Positions 1 through 10,700 of a stretch of DNA of 64,000 nucleotides are shown here, one piece after another. The notes below the pieces were generated by a model. It searched no databases. It was given only the letters and a program-made list of their open reading frames with translations, and was not told the DNA's origin. A program made the position numbers and the translations under genes. The stretch is from assembly GCA_045538455.1 (NCBI GenBank), contig JAZSRL010000006.1:131690-195689 (forward strand), in the 5' to 3' direction. Position 1 is the first letter of the stretch; each line of letters opens with the position of its first letter. The stretch comes from Clostridia bacterium. Lineage in GTDB: Bacteria; Bacillota; Clostridia; Christensenellales; UBA1242.

Positions 1-1875
1 TTAACGAATGAAAAAACATTGCAGCGAAAAATGCGAGAAGCCATCCTGGCTTTGAAAGTCGAACAGAATTTTGGAAAAGACCAAATTATTGAATTTTATC
101 TGAACGCAATTTATTTTGGAAATAACATCTACGGAATTGCAAATGCTAGTGAATTTTATTTTGGTAAAACACCTAATGATTTATCAACCGCAGAATGCGC
201 GGGATTGGCCGGTATCATTAAAAACCCTAGCAAGTATGACCCAGTTTTAAAACATGATAAATTTAAAAATCGTGCCCATTTAATTTTACGATTAATGCAC
301 GAACAAAAATTAATTTCTGATCAAGAATTTCAAACAGCCATCGAAGACCAGTTAATAATTCAAACACCAGCAAATTTATGGTTGGGTACAAATTATCAAA
401 ATATGGCATTAAGGGAAGCTTCAAAAATTTTAAATTTAAGCGAAAGCGATATTATCAATTACGGTTATCAAATTGATACCTATTACGAACCAGATAAACA
501 ACAACTGCTCCACGAAGCAATAACCAACCCAGAATACAATTTAGCGGGTGAAAAATTTGCAATGCTATCGTCGATTAACGGGCAAGTTCAAGCACTGTGG
601 ACTTCTACACCGACATTGTTAAATGCACGCCGTAATTTTGGTAGTGTAATGAAACCACTTTTGGTTTATGCACCAGCCTTAGAACTTGGTGTTATTCAAC
701 CAGCAACTTTAATTGATGATAGCCCACTCATTGACTCCGATTTTAATCCACAAAATTCGGACGACAATTATCATGGCATAGTAAGTGCACGCGAAGCTTT
801 AATGCGCAGTTACAATATCCCTGCGGTTAAAATCTTAAGTGCGACAACCATTGAACAAGCGACACAAATTGCGAATAAAATGGGTTTCAATTTGCAAGAT
901 GAAAATCTATCGATGGCACTTGGTAATACTAAACAAGGAAATACTTTTTTGGAACTTGCGGGCGGCTACCAAACAATTGCAAACCAAGGCAAATACACAC
1001 CAACAAGATTTATTCGCAGTATCCGCGACCGCAACGGCAATACGGTTTACTTCGATTTAACAAATAAATACAACTATGCACCACAAGTAGTAACTGCCGA
1101 TACGGCATACTTGTTGACCGACATGTTAATCCAAACAGCACAGAAAGGAACGGCTCGTAAATTAGCAAATGTTGACACCGAAATTGCCGCGAAAACCGGA
1201 ACAACAGAACGCGCCAACACAAACACCAATACTGATGCGACTTTGGTATCTTATACACCAGAAAATGTACTGATAGTTTGGCAAGGCAATGCCAGCATGA
1301 AACCAGAAAATGATTTACCACAAGGAGCCACTGGTGGCGGTCGTTTGGCCAATGCTGCAAAACAAATTCACATGACAATTGCTACACCTAACCAGGAGTT
1401 CTCCCGACCTAGTTCGGTAAAAACTGTAAGTTTGGACAAATTGGATTATACTAACGGAGTCATTAACTTAGCTAATGCTGCAACTCCAGAGTACGAAACC
1501 ATAACAGATTTATTTTCAGCGCGCTACCAACCCAACAATGTGTCGAAAAATTACTTAATCACAACTCCAACGGTTATTGATGGACGAATCACAGACCAAA
1601 ACGCTGCAGAAATTTGGTTCGAAGTTTTACCCCACCAAACTTATGAAATATACAAAAATAATATATTACAAGCCGTCATTAATCAAAAATCAGGAGTTCA
1701 GACTTTTACCGATAAAAATCCGCAACAATATAATTGTTATCATGTAGTTGCCAGTTTAAACGGCGAACAAAAAATTTCCAGCAATCAAGTTACACTTTAC
1801 TTACCATGCGAAAATATTTTATCGATTAACGCTGGTAATGCAGTTGAAAATAAGCGTGTTCCATGGTATTTTTAA
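1..1875 (+). CDS. Class A (bifunctional) penicillin-binding protein, 5'-truncated by the window edge
   Basis: The frame is open from nt 1 (LTNEKTLQRKMREA...). It carries the C-terminal part of a GT51 glycosyltransferase domain ('IIEFYLNAIYFG', 'AGIIKNPSKYDP'). Transpeptidase motifs are SxxK 'SVMK', SxN 'SYN' and 'KTGTT'. A beta-rich C-terminal extension follows. Confidence 0.85.
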   Translation, partial: LTNEKTLQRKMREAILALKVEQNFGKDQIIEFYLNAIYFGNNIYGIANASEFYFGKTPNDLSTAECAGLAGIIKNPSKYDPVLKHDKFKNRAHLILRLMHEQKLISDQEFQTAIEDQLIIQTPANLWLGTNYQNMALREASKILNLSESDIINYGYQIDTYYEPDKQQLLHEAITNPEYNLAGEKFAMLSSINGQVQALWTSTPTLLNARRNFGSVMKPLLVYAPALELGVIQPATLIDDSPLIDSDFNPQNSDDNYHGIVSAREALMRSYNIPAVKILSATTIEQATQIANKMGFNLQDENLSMALGNTKQGNTFLELAGGYQTIANQGKYTPTRFIRSIRDRNGNTVYFDLTNKYNYAPQVVTADTAYLLTDMLIQTAQKGTARKLANVDTEIAAKTGTTERANTNTNTDATLVSYTPENVLIVWQGNASMKPENDLPQGATGGGRLANAAKQIHMTIATPNQEFSRPSSVKTVSLDKLDYTNGVINLANAATPEYETITDLFSARYQPNNVSKNYLITTPTVIDGRITDQNAAEIWFEVLPHQTYEIYKNNILQAVINQKSGVQTFTDKNPQQYNCYHVVASLNGEQKISSNQVTLYLPCENILSINAGNAVENKRVPWYF

Positions 1876-1878
1876 GTA

Positions 1879-2523
1879 ATGGAATTTCTAAACGATGATG
1901 GTCTATTAATTGAGCAACCAGATAACTTATATAAGCTTTCCAGCGATGCTGTTGCATTAGGTAATTTTGTAAAATGTAAAAGAACGGATACGGTATTTGA
2001 TATTGGTTGCGGAACCGGCGTTTTGACTTTGTTAGTTGCCTTCAACCACAAGCCACGCGAAATAGTAAGTATTGATATTAACGCAGATGCTGTGAACCAA
2101 TGCGCAAGAAATATAAAAATTAACCAAGAAAAACTATTCACCACTCAATTCACGACATTACATGGTGATGCTAAGCAATTACATAAATTATTACCCAATA
2201 AAGATGCAAATGTAATTGTCTGCAATCCGCCCTACTTCAATACAGGCAAAAAATCCCAAAAGAATGAACACATTTCCCAAGCCCGTCATGATGACAATTT
2301 ATCGTTAGAAGATTTAGCAGTTTTGTGTACAAAAAACATAAAATATGGCGGTATGGTTTACTTTTGTTATCCTGCGAACCAAATTGCCAAAGCTATAACA
2401 ATTTTTGAAAACCAAAATTTTCGTATTAAAGAAATCAAATTACTTGCCAACAACAAAGGCGTGTACTTAGCAATTTTCCGCGCTAAAAAAGGCGGCGGAC
2501 ATCATACAACTATGCTTGTTTAA
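1879..2523 (+). CDS. SAM-dependent N6-adenine methyltransferase, TrmN6/YfiC-like
   Basis: SAM motif I 'DIGCGTGVL' and catalytic motif IV 'NPPYF'; 214 aa. Confidence 0.6.
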   Translation: MEFLNDDGLLIEQPDNLYKLSSDAVALGNFVKCKRTDTVFDIGCGTGVLTLLVAFNHKPREIVSIDINADAVNQCARNIKINQEKLFTTQFTTLHGDAKQLHKLLPNKDANVIVCNPPYFNTGKKSQKNEHISQARHDDNLSLEDLAVLCTKNIKYGGMVYFCYPANQIAKAITIFENQNFRIKEIKLLANNKGVYLAIFRAKKGGGHHTTMLV

Positions 2524-2938
2524 AAAAGTAGTCACGGTATGGACAAGTTTCACATTCACCGCGTCCTTGAGCGTCCACACTACAAATCTTTTTCATAGCA
2601 TGGTCAATTTCTTGTACCGCATTTTTTTGTGTTAAATGGTTTAAATTTATTACTCCACTGGCTAAAGCCACCATCTCGGATTCCGTCTGTTGAACAATAC
2701 AGGCAAAAATTTCATATTCTAAATCAATTTTATTTTGTAAATCATATTCAGTTAGATTGCCTGTAATTTTCAAAACTTTGTTCACGCCATCAATTACCAA
2801 AGACAACATAAGGTCTTTGGTTGTTAAAGAATGCTTTAAACGCAAATGAGTATTTTTCTCTTGGTCGCGTATTTCCACAAAACCAGCAACAGAACCAGCA
2901 CGGTCGTATAAAATAATGTTTTTAATTAAAACTGCCAT
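2510..2938 (-). CDS. Hypothetical 142-aa protein with a C-terminal CX9CX2C motif
   Basis: The ORF was trimmed to ATG 2938 (MAVLIKN...) because the track's longer start overlaps rsmA. The C-terminus reads 'CSVDAQGRGECETCPYRDYF'. I recognise no family. Confidence 0.45.
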   Translation of the reverse strand: MAVLIKNIILYDRAGSVAGFVEIRDQEKNTHLRLKHSLTTKDLMLSLVIDGVNKVLKITGNLTEYDLQNKIDLEYEIFACIVQQTESEMVALASGVINLNHLTQKNAVQEIDHAMKKICSVDAQGRGECETCPYRDYFFKQA

Positions 2939-2960
2939 TGCTAGATTATAACAAAAACAA

Positions 2961-3734
2961 TTATTCCCGATTGCGCGAAATTGCACTAATTTTAGCATAT
3001 TGTGTCGGAGTGACTTGTTCAGGTCGACAAGTTGGATCAACTCCAACAGTCGATAAAATTGCCAATGTCGCGTCTTTATCAATTTGTAAAGCCCCAGATA
3101 ACGCATTTAGAATAGTTTTCCGACGCGCAGCAAATATGCCCTTTAACAGTTTACTTAGTATTGAGTCATAAGGAATCCCATTTTTCTTTAAACAAATAAA
3201 TGCACTGTCGACCTTTGGACGCGGCGTGAATAGTGTACGCGGCACAGCTTGCAGAATTTTACAATCAGCTTGCAATTGACAAGTAACCGACAAAGCGCCA
3301 TAGAGGGTTGACCCAGGTTTTTCTACAATACGCTCTGCAACTTCATCCGCAATCAAAACATTTAATTCAGTACAATTTGGTAAAGCTAAAAAATGCATAA
3401 TAAGTGGTGTTGTTATATAATACGGAACATTCGCTATTAAACGGAAATTTGGCAACTGTGAAAAATCGTGTTTTAATGCATCTTCGAAAATCATGTGTGC
3501 ATTAGAGTATTTTGCTAAGCGTTTTTCTAAATGTGATTGCAAACGGCGATCTACTTCCACACTGTACAACTGACAACCGGTTTCAGCCAAAGTTTGCGTT
3601 AAAGTTCCCATGCCGGCACCTATCTCAACTACGGTATCCGTTGGTAGAACATTAAGCTTTTTTACTAAAGCATGTAAATAATCCATGTCATAGATAAAAT
3701 TCTGCCCCAAAGATTTTTTGTATTCAAATTCCAC
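2961..3734 (-). CDS. rsmA: 16S rRNA (adenine1518/1519-N6)-dimethyltransferase
   Basis: KsgA/RsmA hallmarks: 'SLGQNFI', SAM motif 'VVEIGAGMGTLT' and 'ANVPYYITTP'. Confidence 0.9.
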   Translation of the reverse strand: MEFEYKKSLGQNFIYDMDYLHALVKKLNVLPTDTVVEIGAGMGTLTQTLAETGCQLYSVEVDRRLQSHLEKRLAKYSNAHMIFEDALKHDFSQLPNFRLIANVPYYITTPLIMHFLALPNCTELNVLIADEVAERIVEKPGSTLYGALSVTCQLQADCKILQAVPRTLFTPRPKVDSAFICLKKNGIPYDSILSKLLKGIFAARRKTILNALSGALQIDKDATLAILSTVGVDPTCRPEQVTPTQYAKISAISRNRE

Positions 3735-3825
3735 TTGAACAGTATAACATGTATGTGCTAGAATAAGATAGTTTATTTTGCAGAAGATAAACTCATACCA
3801 AAGAAATACTTTTCACAAAAGAAAA

Positions 3826-3857
3826 ACAAAAAAGCAGCTGTCATTCGGCTGCTTTTT
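3826..3857 (-). terminator. Rho-independent terminator after the 3875..4756 gene
   Basis: Arms AAAGCAGC (3831-3838) and GCTGCTTT (3848-3855) flank a 9-nt loop. On the minus strand the stem is followed by UUUUUUGUUUUU. Confidence 0.7.
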
Positions 3858-3874
3858 ATTATGTTAATTTAATT

Positions 3875-4756
3875 TTAATTCGAAAGATCTTGCATCAATT
3901 TTTCAAAGAAATCTGTTTTTTCTTCAAATTCAGCTTCACTAAATTTAGGTGAATAAGCATTCTTAGCATAATTTTGAACATAAGTAACAATATTATCAAG
4001 TTCTTCGTTCGCAAAAGTGTCGATTGAACCGTCCCATCCCATACTAACTTCACCAAATGATTTAGCTGATTTCTCATGGTTAGTTGCATCAATATATCCG
4101 GAAAAAGAAGAATCTAAATTCTCTTTTGTTAAATCTGCATCATAAAGTGTTTGTTCTGCTTCTACTGCTAAAACTTCAACTCGATTAATTTTGTTTTGCT
4201 TTCCCAATAAGCTATATTGGATAAAATTGTTTTCATCATTGGCAATAACTTCACTTTCGTTATTAATGCCTAATGTTGTAAATAACATTGCCCAAGAATC
4301 TTTACTTTCGTCCGAGAAGTACAACTCTAAAACATTTCTATTAGTTGCCGAAGATATTTCACCCGCTACCGAAATAAAATCAAGAACAATTCCTTTTTGA
4401 GTTAATTCGTACATTACATACATTTGAATTGTTTCATTTCCCGTCACAAAGCATCCATTAGCTGCTTCGCTATCCGCTAACGCATATTTTGCTAAGTATA
4501 ACAGCGTCAAATATGAACTACCACCCGCGTCTGATGGTCGCACAAAGTCATATTCATAATTTTCGACTGCTGCTGTTGACAAAGAGTCATCACCTTTACA
4601 TGCTGCACATGCCATATCAACCAAAGATCTGGCCTCTGTTATTGTAATAGTATCTGTCTGATTATCTTTTTTATTTAATTCAAGCATGAATTGAACAAAG
4701 AAAACCGAAACAACTATTACACCTAAAAACATTAAAACTGACCCTAATTTTTTCAT
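3875..4756 (-). CDS. Membrane-anchored or exported protein of unknown function
   Basis: N-terminal hydrophobic segment 'LGSVLMFLGVIVVSVFFVQF'. SD AAAGGAGAA lies upstream of the ATG. I recognise no catalytic motifs. Confidence 0.6.
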   Translation of the reverse strand: MKKLGSVLMFLGVIVVSVFFVQFMLELNKKDNQTDTITITEARSLVDMACAACKGDDSLSTAAVENYEYDFVRPSDAGGSSYLTLLYLAKYALADSEAANGCFVTGNETIQMYVMYELTQKGIVLDFISVAGEISSATNRNVLELYFSDESKDSWAMLFTTLGINNESEVIANDENNFIQYSLLGKQNKINRVEVLAVEAEQTLYDADLTKENLDSSFSGYIDATNHEKSAKSFGEVSMGWDGSIDTFANEELDNIVTYVQNYAKNAYSPKFSEAEFEEKTDFFEKLMQDLSN

Positions 4757-4829
4757 TTTTTCTCCTTTTTAGTGTATATTTTAACACTATAGGAAAAAAA
4801 ATCAACTTTTTTAAAAACAAGGCTTTATT

Positions 4830-5615
4830 TTAGATTCTACTTTTTTCTGCTTTTATTTTGAAGAAACGATAAGCATTATTAGCAGTTAGAGTTTCAATTT
4901 CGGATACGGTTTTATTTAATATTTTTGCCATGACCTCTGCGGTGTAACGAATATATTGCGGCAAATTGACTTCGCTGCGTTTGGGGGTTGGCGCTAGGTA
5001 TGGCGCATCTGTTTCGATTAAAATACGATTTAGAGGTATCGCGCGCAAAGTATCATGCAGAAATGCTTTTTGTTTATATGTAATATGACCGCCGAAAGCA
5101 AAATACACATCAATTCCATTTAAATGATTTAAAAGATATTCAGCTTGTTCTGCGGTGTAACTCATACAATGTATCAAGACGCCATTTTTCAACTTTGATT
5201 TATGGGCAATTAAAACTTCGGCAGTGTCTTCCCATGAATCCCGAGAGTGAACAACTAATGGCTTTTTATACCGATCTGATAAATGAATTTGGTGGACAAA
5301 AACTTCAACTTGTTTTTCGCGTGCTGGTAAATCAGGACGATGATAATCTAAACCACATTCACCAATCGCTACAAACTTTTTAAAGTTTAAATGTTCCGCA
5401 ACAAAATTTTCCATGTCGTTCGCCGAATACATATCAGCATAAGCAGGATGAACTCCAGCCGTGCAATAAACATGTTCATGTTTTGCTGAAAATTCAAAAA
5501 TAGCGGGCAGACTTTCAAAGTCTGCCCCGATCTCAACACCAGTTAATTGACTATTAATGACATCCTTGCGCGTAATTAAACGCGGATCTGTCACATGAAA
5601 ATGAGAATCAAACAC
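4830..5615 (-). CDS. tatD: TatD-family metal-dependent hydrolase/DNase
   Basis: Motifs 'FDSHFH', 'GECGLDY', 'HSRDS' and 'ETDAPYLAP'. Confidence 0.85.
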   Translation of the reverse strand: MFDSHFHVTDPRLITRKDVINSQLTGVEIGADFESLPAIFEFSAKHEHVYCTAGVHPAYADMYSANDMENFVAEHLNFKKFVAIGECGLDYHRPDLPAREKQVEVFVHQIHLSDRYKKPLVVHSRDSWEDTAEVLIAHKSKLKNGVLIHCMSYTAEQAEYLLNHLNGIDVYFAFGGHITYKQKAFLHDTLRAIPLNRILIETDAPYLAPTPKRSEVNLPQYIRYTAEVMAKILNKTVSEIETLTANNAYRFFKIKAEKSRI

Positions 5616-5617
5616 AA

Positions 5618-6091
5618 TTACTCCGCCCGGTTAATTTTTAAAATTTTCAAAGAAATTTGACTTGCCGGAGTTTTAATTATAGCTACTTCCCCAACTTTTT
5701 TACCCAACAAGGCTTTTCCTTTTGGACTTTCGTTTGAAATATAGTTCTTTTCAATATCAAATTCCATAAAGCCAGTAATGACATAGGTTTCTTGTTTTTT
5801 TGTAGCCATGTTTTCAACTAAAACCGAAGTACCTAAATTTACTGCACTGGTATCTGCTGTTTTATATGAGAATATAGTCAAATTTTGCAAAAGCGCTTCA
5901 ACTTCTTTCACACGAATCTCCAAGTTGTTTTGAGCTTCGCGTGCCGCAGCGTATTCAGCATTTTCCTTCAAGTCACCGAACTCACGAGCTTCTTTGATTT
6001 GACGCGCGATATCGCTTCGCTTTGACATTAATTCTGCTAATTCGTCTTTTAATTTTTTTTCACCAACCATAGTTACATATCTAGTTTCCAT
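5618..6091 (-). CDS. greA: Transcription elongation factor GreA
   Basis: Coiled-coil tip 'GDLKENAEYAAAREAQ'; 157 aa; SD GAGGAGGA upstream. Confidence 0.9.
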   Translation of the reverse strand: METRYVTMVGEKKLKDELAELMSKRSDIARQIKEAREFGDLKENAEYAAAREAQNNLEIRVKEVEALLQNLTIFSYKTADTSAVNLGTSVLVENMATKKQETYVITGFMEFDIEKNYISNESPKGKALLGKKVGEVAIIKTPASQISLKILKINRAE

Positions 6092-6176
6092 TTAATCCTC
6101 CTCTTACCATGATAATGGTCATTTATTTTATTTTTTTTATCACAATTTGTCAAGTATTCTCAAAAAAAAACATCTT

Positions 6177-6545
6177 TTAAGGCATCAATAAAGTATCATA
6201 GACGCTGCAATTTAAGTAGCGTAATTTGCGTGCTAAAACATTGAGACCAGTTGCATTCGTCGGTCTTTTGTCAAAAATTTCTTTAAACTTTTCCTGTTCT
6301 TCCCAACGCTCAAACAATGTTGTCAAATTGCGCTCAATACATAGGCGTGTAATTTTTCTTTGGCGCGCAACTTTTAAATAAATAGATTTTAAATTGACAG
6401 CAAGTTCAGTATAATTTTCTGTTGCCACTTTTAACAAATCAATTAATATCGGAAAGCCAATATATTCCGATGGACAATCATATGATAATAAAAAATCACA
6501 AATACCTGTTTTAACTTTATCGCGGTCTCTTTTATCTTTCTTCAT
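6177..6545 (-). CDS. Stand-alone Spo0A C-terminal (DNA-binding effector) domain-like protein
   Basis: By-eye alignment to the B. subtilis Spo0A effector domain, from memory. 'CPSEYIGFPILIDLL' matches 'VPAHIKGYLYLREAI'. 'ITRLCIERNLTTLFERW' matches 'ASRVERAIRHAIEVAW'. 'RPTNATGLNVLARKL' matches 'KPTNSEFIAMVADKL'. There is no receiver domain. Confidence 0.6.
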   Translation of the reverse strand: MKKDKRDRDKVKTGICDFLLSYDCPSEYIGFPILIDLLKVATENYTELAVNLKSIYLKVARQRKITRLCIERNLTTLFERWEEQEKFKEIFDKRPTNATGLNVLARKLRYLNCSVYDTLLMP

Positions 6546-6564
6546 GTTTTATTTACCTTTTTAA

Positions 6565-6864
6565 TTAATATTTGGGGATTAAGTGAATATGTGCATGCAT
6601 AATTTCTTGACCTGCAACCTTGCCACAATTAACAGCTATGTTATAGCCCAAAGGTTGATGTTCTTTTTCAATTTCTTGTTTTGCTGCATTAATCAAAGAA
6701 CCTGCCGCAGACCATTCTTCTGTATTCATTTCAAAAACTGTTTCAATGTGGCGTTTCGGAATAATTAAAGCATGCCCCGGTGCTTTAGGAAATTTATCAA
6801 ATAACATATAACAATGCTCATTTTCCAGAACACAGTGTTTAGCTAAATCACAGAAAAGACACAT
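6565..6864 (-). CDS. HIT-family (histidine triad) nucleotide hydrolase
   Basis: 'HAHIHLIP' histidine triad. I moved the start to ATG 6864 (MCLFC...), which is preceded by GGAGGT at 7-nt spacing. The track start at 6879 is a GTG. Confidence 0.85.
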   Translation of the reverse strand: MCLFCDLAKHCVLENEHCYMLFDKFPKAPGHALIIPKRHIETVFEMNTEEWSAAGSLINAAKQEIEKEHQPLGYNIAVNCGKVAGQEIMHAHIHLIPKY

Positions 6865-7705
6865 ATGATGAACCTCCACAAGGTAATATTAATTTTTCTG
6901 CCGTTGGCAATCCAATTTCATATGTTTGGATTGTGTAGTGTAACCCATTCAAATTTTTTCGCAAAACATTTTCGATAACTGTCGGCTGTACAGAAGCTGT
7001 ATAGTTATTAACCAAGAAGAATAAGGGTTTGTCTGATAATAACTGCGCACAATTAGCAATTAAACCATTCAAGTTTTCTGTTAATTTCCAAACTTCACCA
7101 TTTGCACCGCGACCAAAATTCGGCGGATCCATAATAATAGCATCATATTTATGACCGCGTCGAATTTCGCGTGCAACGAATTTTTGCACATCATCAACAA
7201 TATAACGCACACTTTCAAAAGGTATGTTATTTAAATTCACATTACGCTTAGCTACATCGGTCATTCCGCGACTGGCATCAACATGAGTAACATGAGCACC
7301 TGCCTTAGCACAAGCTACAGTAGCACCACCGGTATAAGCAAATAGATTTAAGACTTTAGCATTAGGGCGTTTGCGTAAAACATCCATCACAAGATCCCAA
7401 TTCACTGCTTGTTCGGGAAATAATCCCGTATGTTTAAAATTCATCGGGCTTATGATGAATTTAAGATCTTTATACTTAATTATCCACTCGTCTGGGGTCT
7501 GCCTTAACCATTCCCAAGCACCACCGCCCGTAGCAGATCGAAGATAATGCCCAGCTATTTTAGGATATTTGGTAAAATCTAAAGATGGCTCCCAAATTGC
7601 TTGCGGATCTGGGCGCAACAAAACAATATTACCCCAACGCTCTAGTTTTTCGCCGTTACCGGTTGCTATGATTTCAAAATCACGCCAATCGGACGAGTAT
7701 TTCAT
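6848..7705 (-). CDS. Class I SAM-dependent (rRNA-type, RlmI/YwbD-like) methyltransferase
   Basis: SAM-binding 'LNLFAYTGGATVACAKAGA' and 'IIMDPPNFGRG'; 285 aa with no PUA domain. Confidence 0.7.
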   Translation of the reverse strand: MKYSSDWRDFEIIATGNGEKLERWGNIVLLRPDPQAIWEPSLDFTKYPKIAGHYLRSATGGGAWEWLRQTPDEWIIKYKDLKFIISPMNFKHTGLFPEQAVNWDLVMDVLRKRPNAKVLNLFAYTGGATVACAKAGAHVTHVDASRGMTDVAKRNVNLNNIPFESVRYIVDDVQKFVAREIRRGHKYDAIIMDPPNFGRGANGEVWKLTENLNGLIANCAQLLSDKPLFFLVNNYTASVQPTVIENVLRKNLNGLHYTIQTYEIGLPTAEKLILPCGGSSYVSFL

Positions 7706-10700
7706 TTTCCCCTGTTCCTTTTGTAATCTTCATATCGGTTGCTAAGACTTCACGCATAATGCGCGGTTGATGAGCATGTGCTGCCGTATACATTTTTTCA
7801 TCGGCAGTTTTAACTTCCAAGATAATACGGTCGGTAATATCTAGTTTTTGATTCATGCGTTCTAATTGAATGCTGCGGATTAATTCACGAGCAATTCCTT
7901 CAAGCATTAATTCATCTGTAATTATCGTATCAAGTACAACGGTAACATCATCTTCACTTGTAATAACAAAACCATCGCGCGGAGCCAATTTACGATCAAA
8001 CAAATCCGGACTCAATGAATCAAATCCAGCAATTGTTATCTTTTCACCAGCATCAAATTTTGCAACATACTCAGCCATTGCGTGTGAGCTTTGTAAAATG
8101 TTCTTTAATTCTTGAACACGATTTTTCAAAATCGCACCAGCTTTTTTAAAATTAACAGTCAAATATGCAACATTAAATTTATCATCATCTGTCACGATTT
8201 CAATATTCTTTACATTTAATTGTTCTTGAATAATTGCCGCAAACATATTGATTGTATCAACTCTATCAGACTTGACATATAATTTTGACAATGGTTGCTT
8301 AATGGCAATTTGGTTTTCGGCACGCAATGACAAACCTAAACTAATTACTTGTTTCACAAAATCTACCGCATTTAATAAATCGACTTTATGATCCTTACCT
8401 TTTAATTTGATTGGTGTTGGGTAATTTGCTAACATGACAGGTTCTTCGCCTTCGCCAAAACAATTCTCCCATAGATATTGTGAATAACTTGGTACAAGTG
8501 GTGTTAACACAATCACAACACTGCGCAAAGCATTAAACAAGCACCAGTAAGCATTCATTTTGTCTTGGTCTTCTCCATTCTTCCAATAGCGACGGCGATT
8601 AACACGAATGTAGAAATTTGAAATATCTTCTACAAAATCATCGGTTAATTTTACAACTTGATGTGTTTTAAACTCATCATACGCCGCACGCGTTGCTTGG
8701 ATATATTTATTCGTTAATTGAACTAACCATAAATCGATTGGCGCCAAGTTTTCTGGTTGATAATTTTTAACATCCGGCTTGTCTACCATTGCATAAGTAG
8801 TATAGAAAACATAAGCGTTCCAAATCGCTAATAAACGACGCTTTGCATCTTCAGCAATGCTATCACCAAAACGCATATCTAATGTTGGATTTGCACTGGC
8901 AAAGGTATAACGCAAAACATCAGTACCGTATTGTGCCGCCATATCTTCAATATAAATCTTGCGTGGTCCGGTTTTTGAGAATTTCTTACCATCTTCATCC
9001 ACCAATGTTGAGTACCCAACAACATTTTTGTATGGTGCTTCTCCGGTTAAAACAACCGACATAAACAATTGCGCATAAAACCATAAACGAATTTGCTCTT
9101 TCATTTCCAAAACCATATCGGCTTTAAATTCCCCCTTGGGTTTAGTTGAAAAAGGGGCGATACCTGCATCTAACCAACAGTCACCGACATCGGCAACACG
9201 CGAAACATGTTCATGGCATTTTTCACAGGTAATTTGTACTTCGTCAATATACGGACGATGTAAATGCGGAATTGCATCTACTTTAGTTTTATCAACAGCA
9301 CGCGCGCGTAATTCTTCACGGCTGCCGATAACATTCAAATGACCACATTTTTCACATGGATAAAACGGCAATGGCAAACCGTAGAAACGACGACGACTAA
9401 TATTCCAATCCCCCATATCTGTTAACCATTGGCGCATGGACTTACCCATAAACGCAGGAGTCCAATTAACCGTATCAGCTGCTTTCAATAAATCTTTGCG
9501 AATTCCGTCAGTGGCAATATCATAACCGGCAACTAAACGGAAAATTACATCTGTTTTACAACGCCAACAGAAAGGATAGTTGTGTGTATAATCATGATGG
9601 TAATACATCGTGTTGTTCTCGGTTAGTTTTTGGAAAACTTTTTCTTCGCAGTCAACTGTAGTTAAACCAGCTAACCATTCGAACTCATCGTAGAAAACAC
9701 CATTTTCACCAACAGGAATAATAATTGGTTTCATGTTTAATTTGGTACCTAAGGCAAAGTCTTCCGCACCGCAACCAGGAGCAATATGCACCGCACCAGA
9801 ACCATCAATTTCATCAACTTGATCCCATGCAACAATTTTATGTTCAAATTGTTGTTTAGTTAATTCTAAGAATGGTTCATAAGTTAAACCAACTAAATCA
9901 CTACCTTTAACTTTTTCAACAACTTCAATTAAATCATCACGCAATACTTTGATTCTTGTTTCACAGACGATAATTAAGTTTTCTTCACTTTTGACACGAC
10001 ACTTACAATAAGTAAATTCTGGATTAACTGCAATTGCCATATTAGCCGCCAAAGTCCATGGTGTTGTTGTCCAAACTAAAACGCGTTCATTAAGATTTTT
10101 AAGTTTAGCTTTCACATAAACCGCTTTATGAGTACGCTCTTTGTAACTACCTGTCATTTCGTGTTCGCTTAAACTGGTACCACAACGCGGACACCATGGC
10201 ATAGTTTTATAACTTTGTTTCAACATTTTTTTGTCGTTACAAACTTTTAAAAAGTTCCATATTGCTGTAATGTTTTGATCCGAATTGGTAATATAACTAC
10301 GATCCCAATCACCTAACTGTTCGATAATTTGACTTTGTTTTGTTTGATGATCTTTGAAGAAATTGACACGCTCAATGCATTTCTCAGTGAACTTATCCAT
10401 GCCATAGTCAACGATGTCTTTTTTACTTTTTAGACCAAGTAATTTCTCAACTTCGACTTCAACCCACATACCCTGAGCGTCAAAACCCCATACATAATCA
10501 ACTTCCTTACCAATTAAAGAATTATAGCGATTGTACGCATCTTTTAAAGTACGACCCCAACCATGATGCAAACACATAGGTGCATTGGCAGTTATTGGAC
10601 CATCTAAAAAGTTATATTTGGGTTTTCCTTTATTCTTGGCTTTAACCCTTACCAAAATATCTGCTGGCTCGTAATTGTGACTAAAATCAAAAACAGTAGT

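Noticed and set aside
2939-3106. The N-terminal 56 codons of track ORF 2510..3106
   Set aside because: This extension overlaps the 3' end of rsmA in another frame. An internal ATG at 2938 gives a non-overlapping 142-aa gene.
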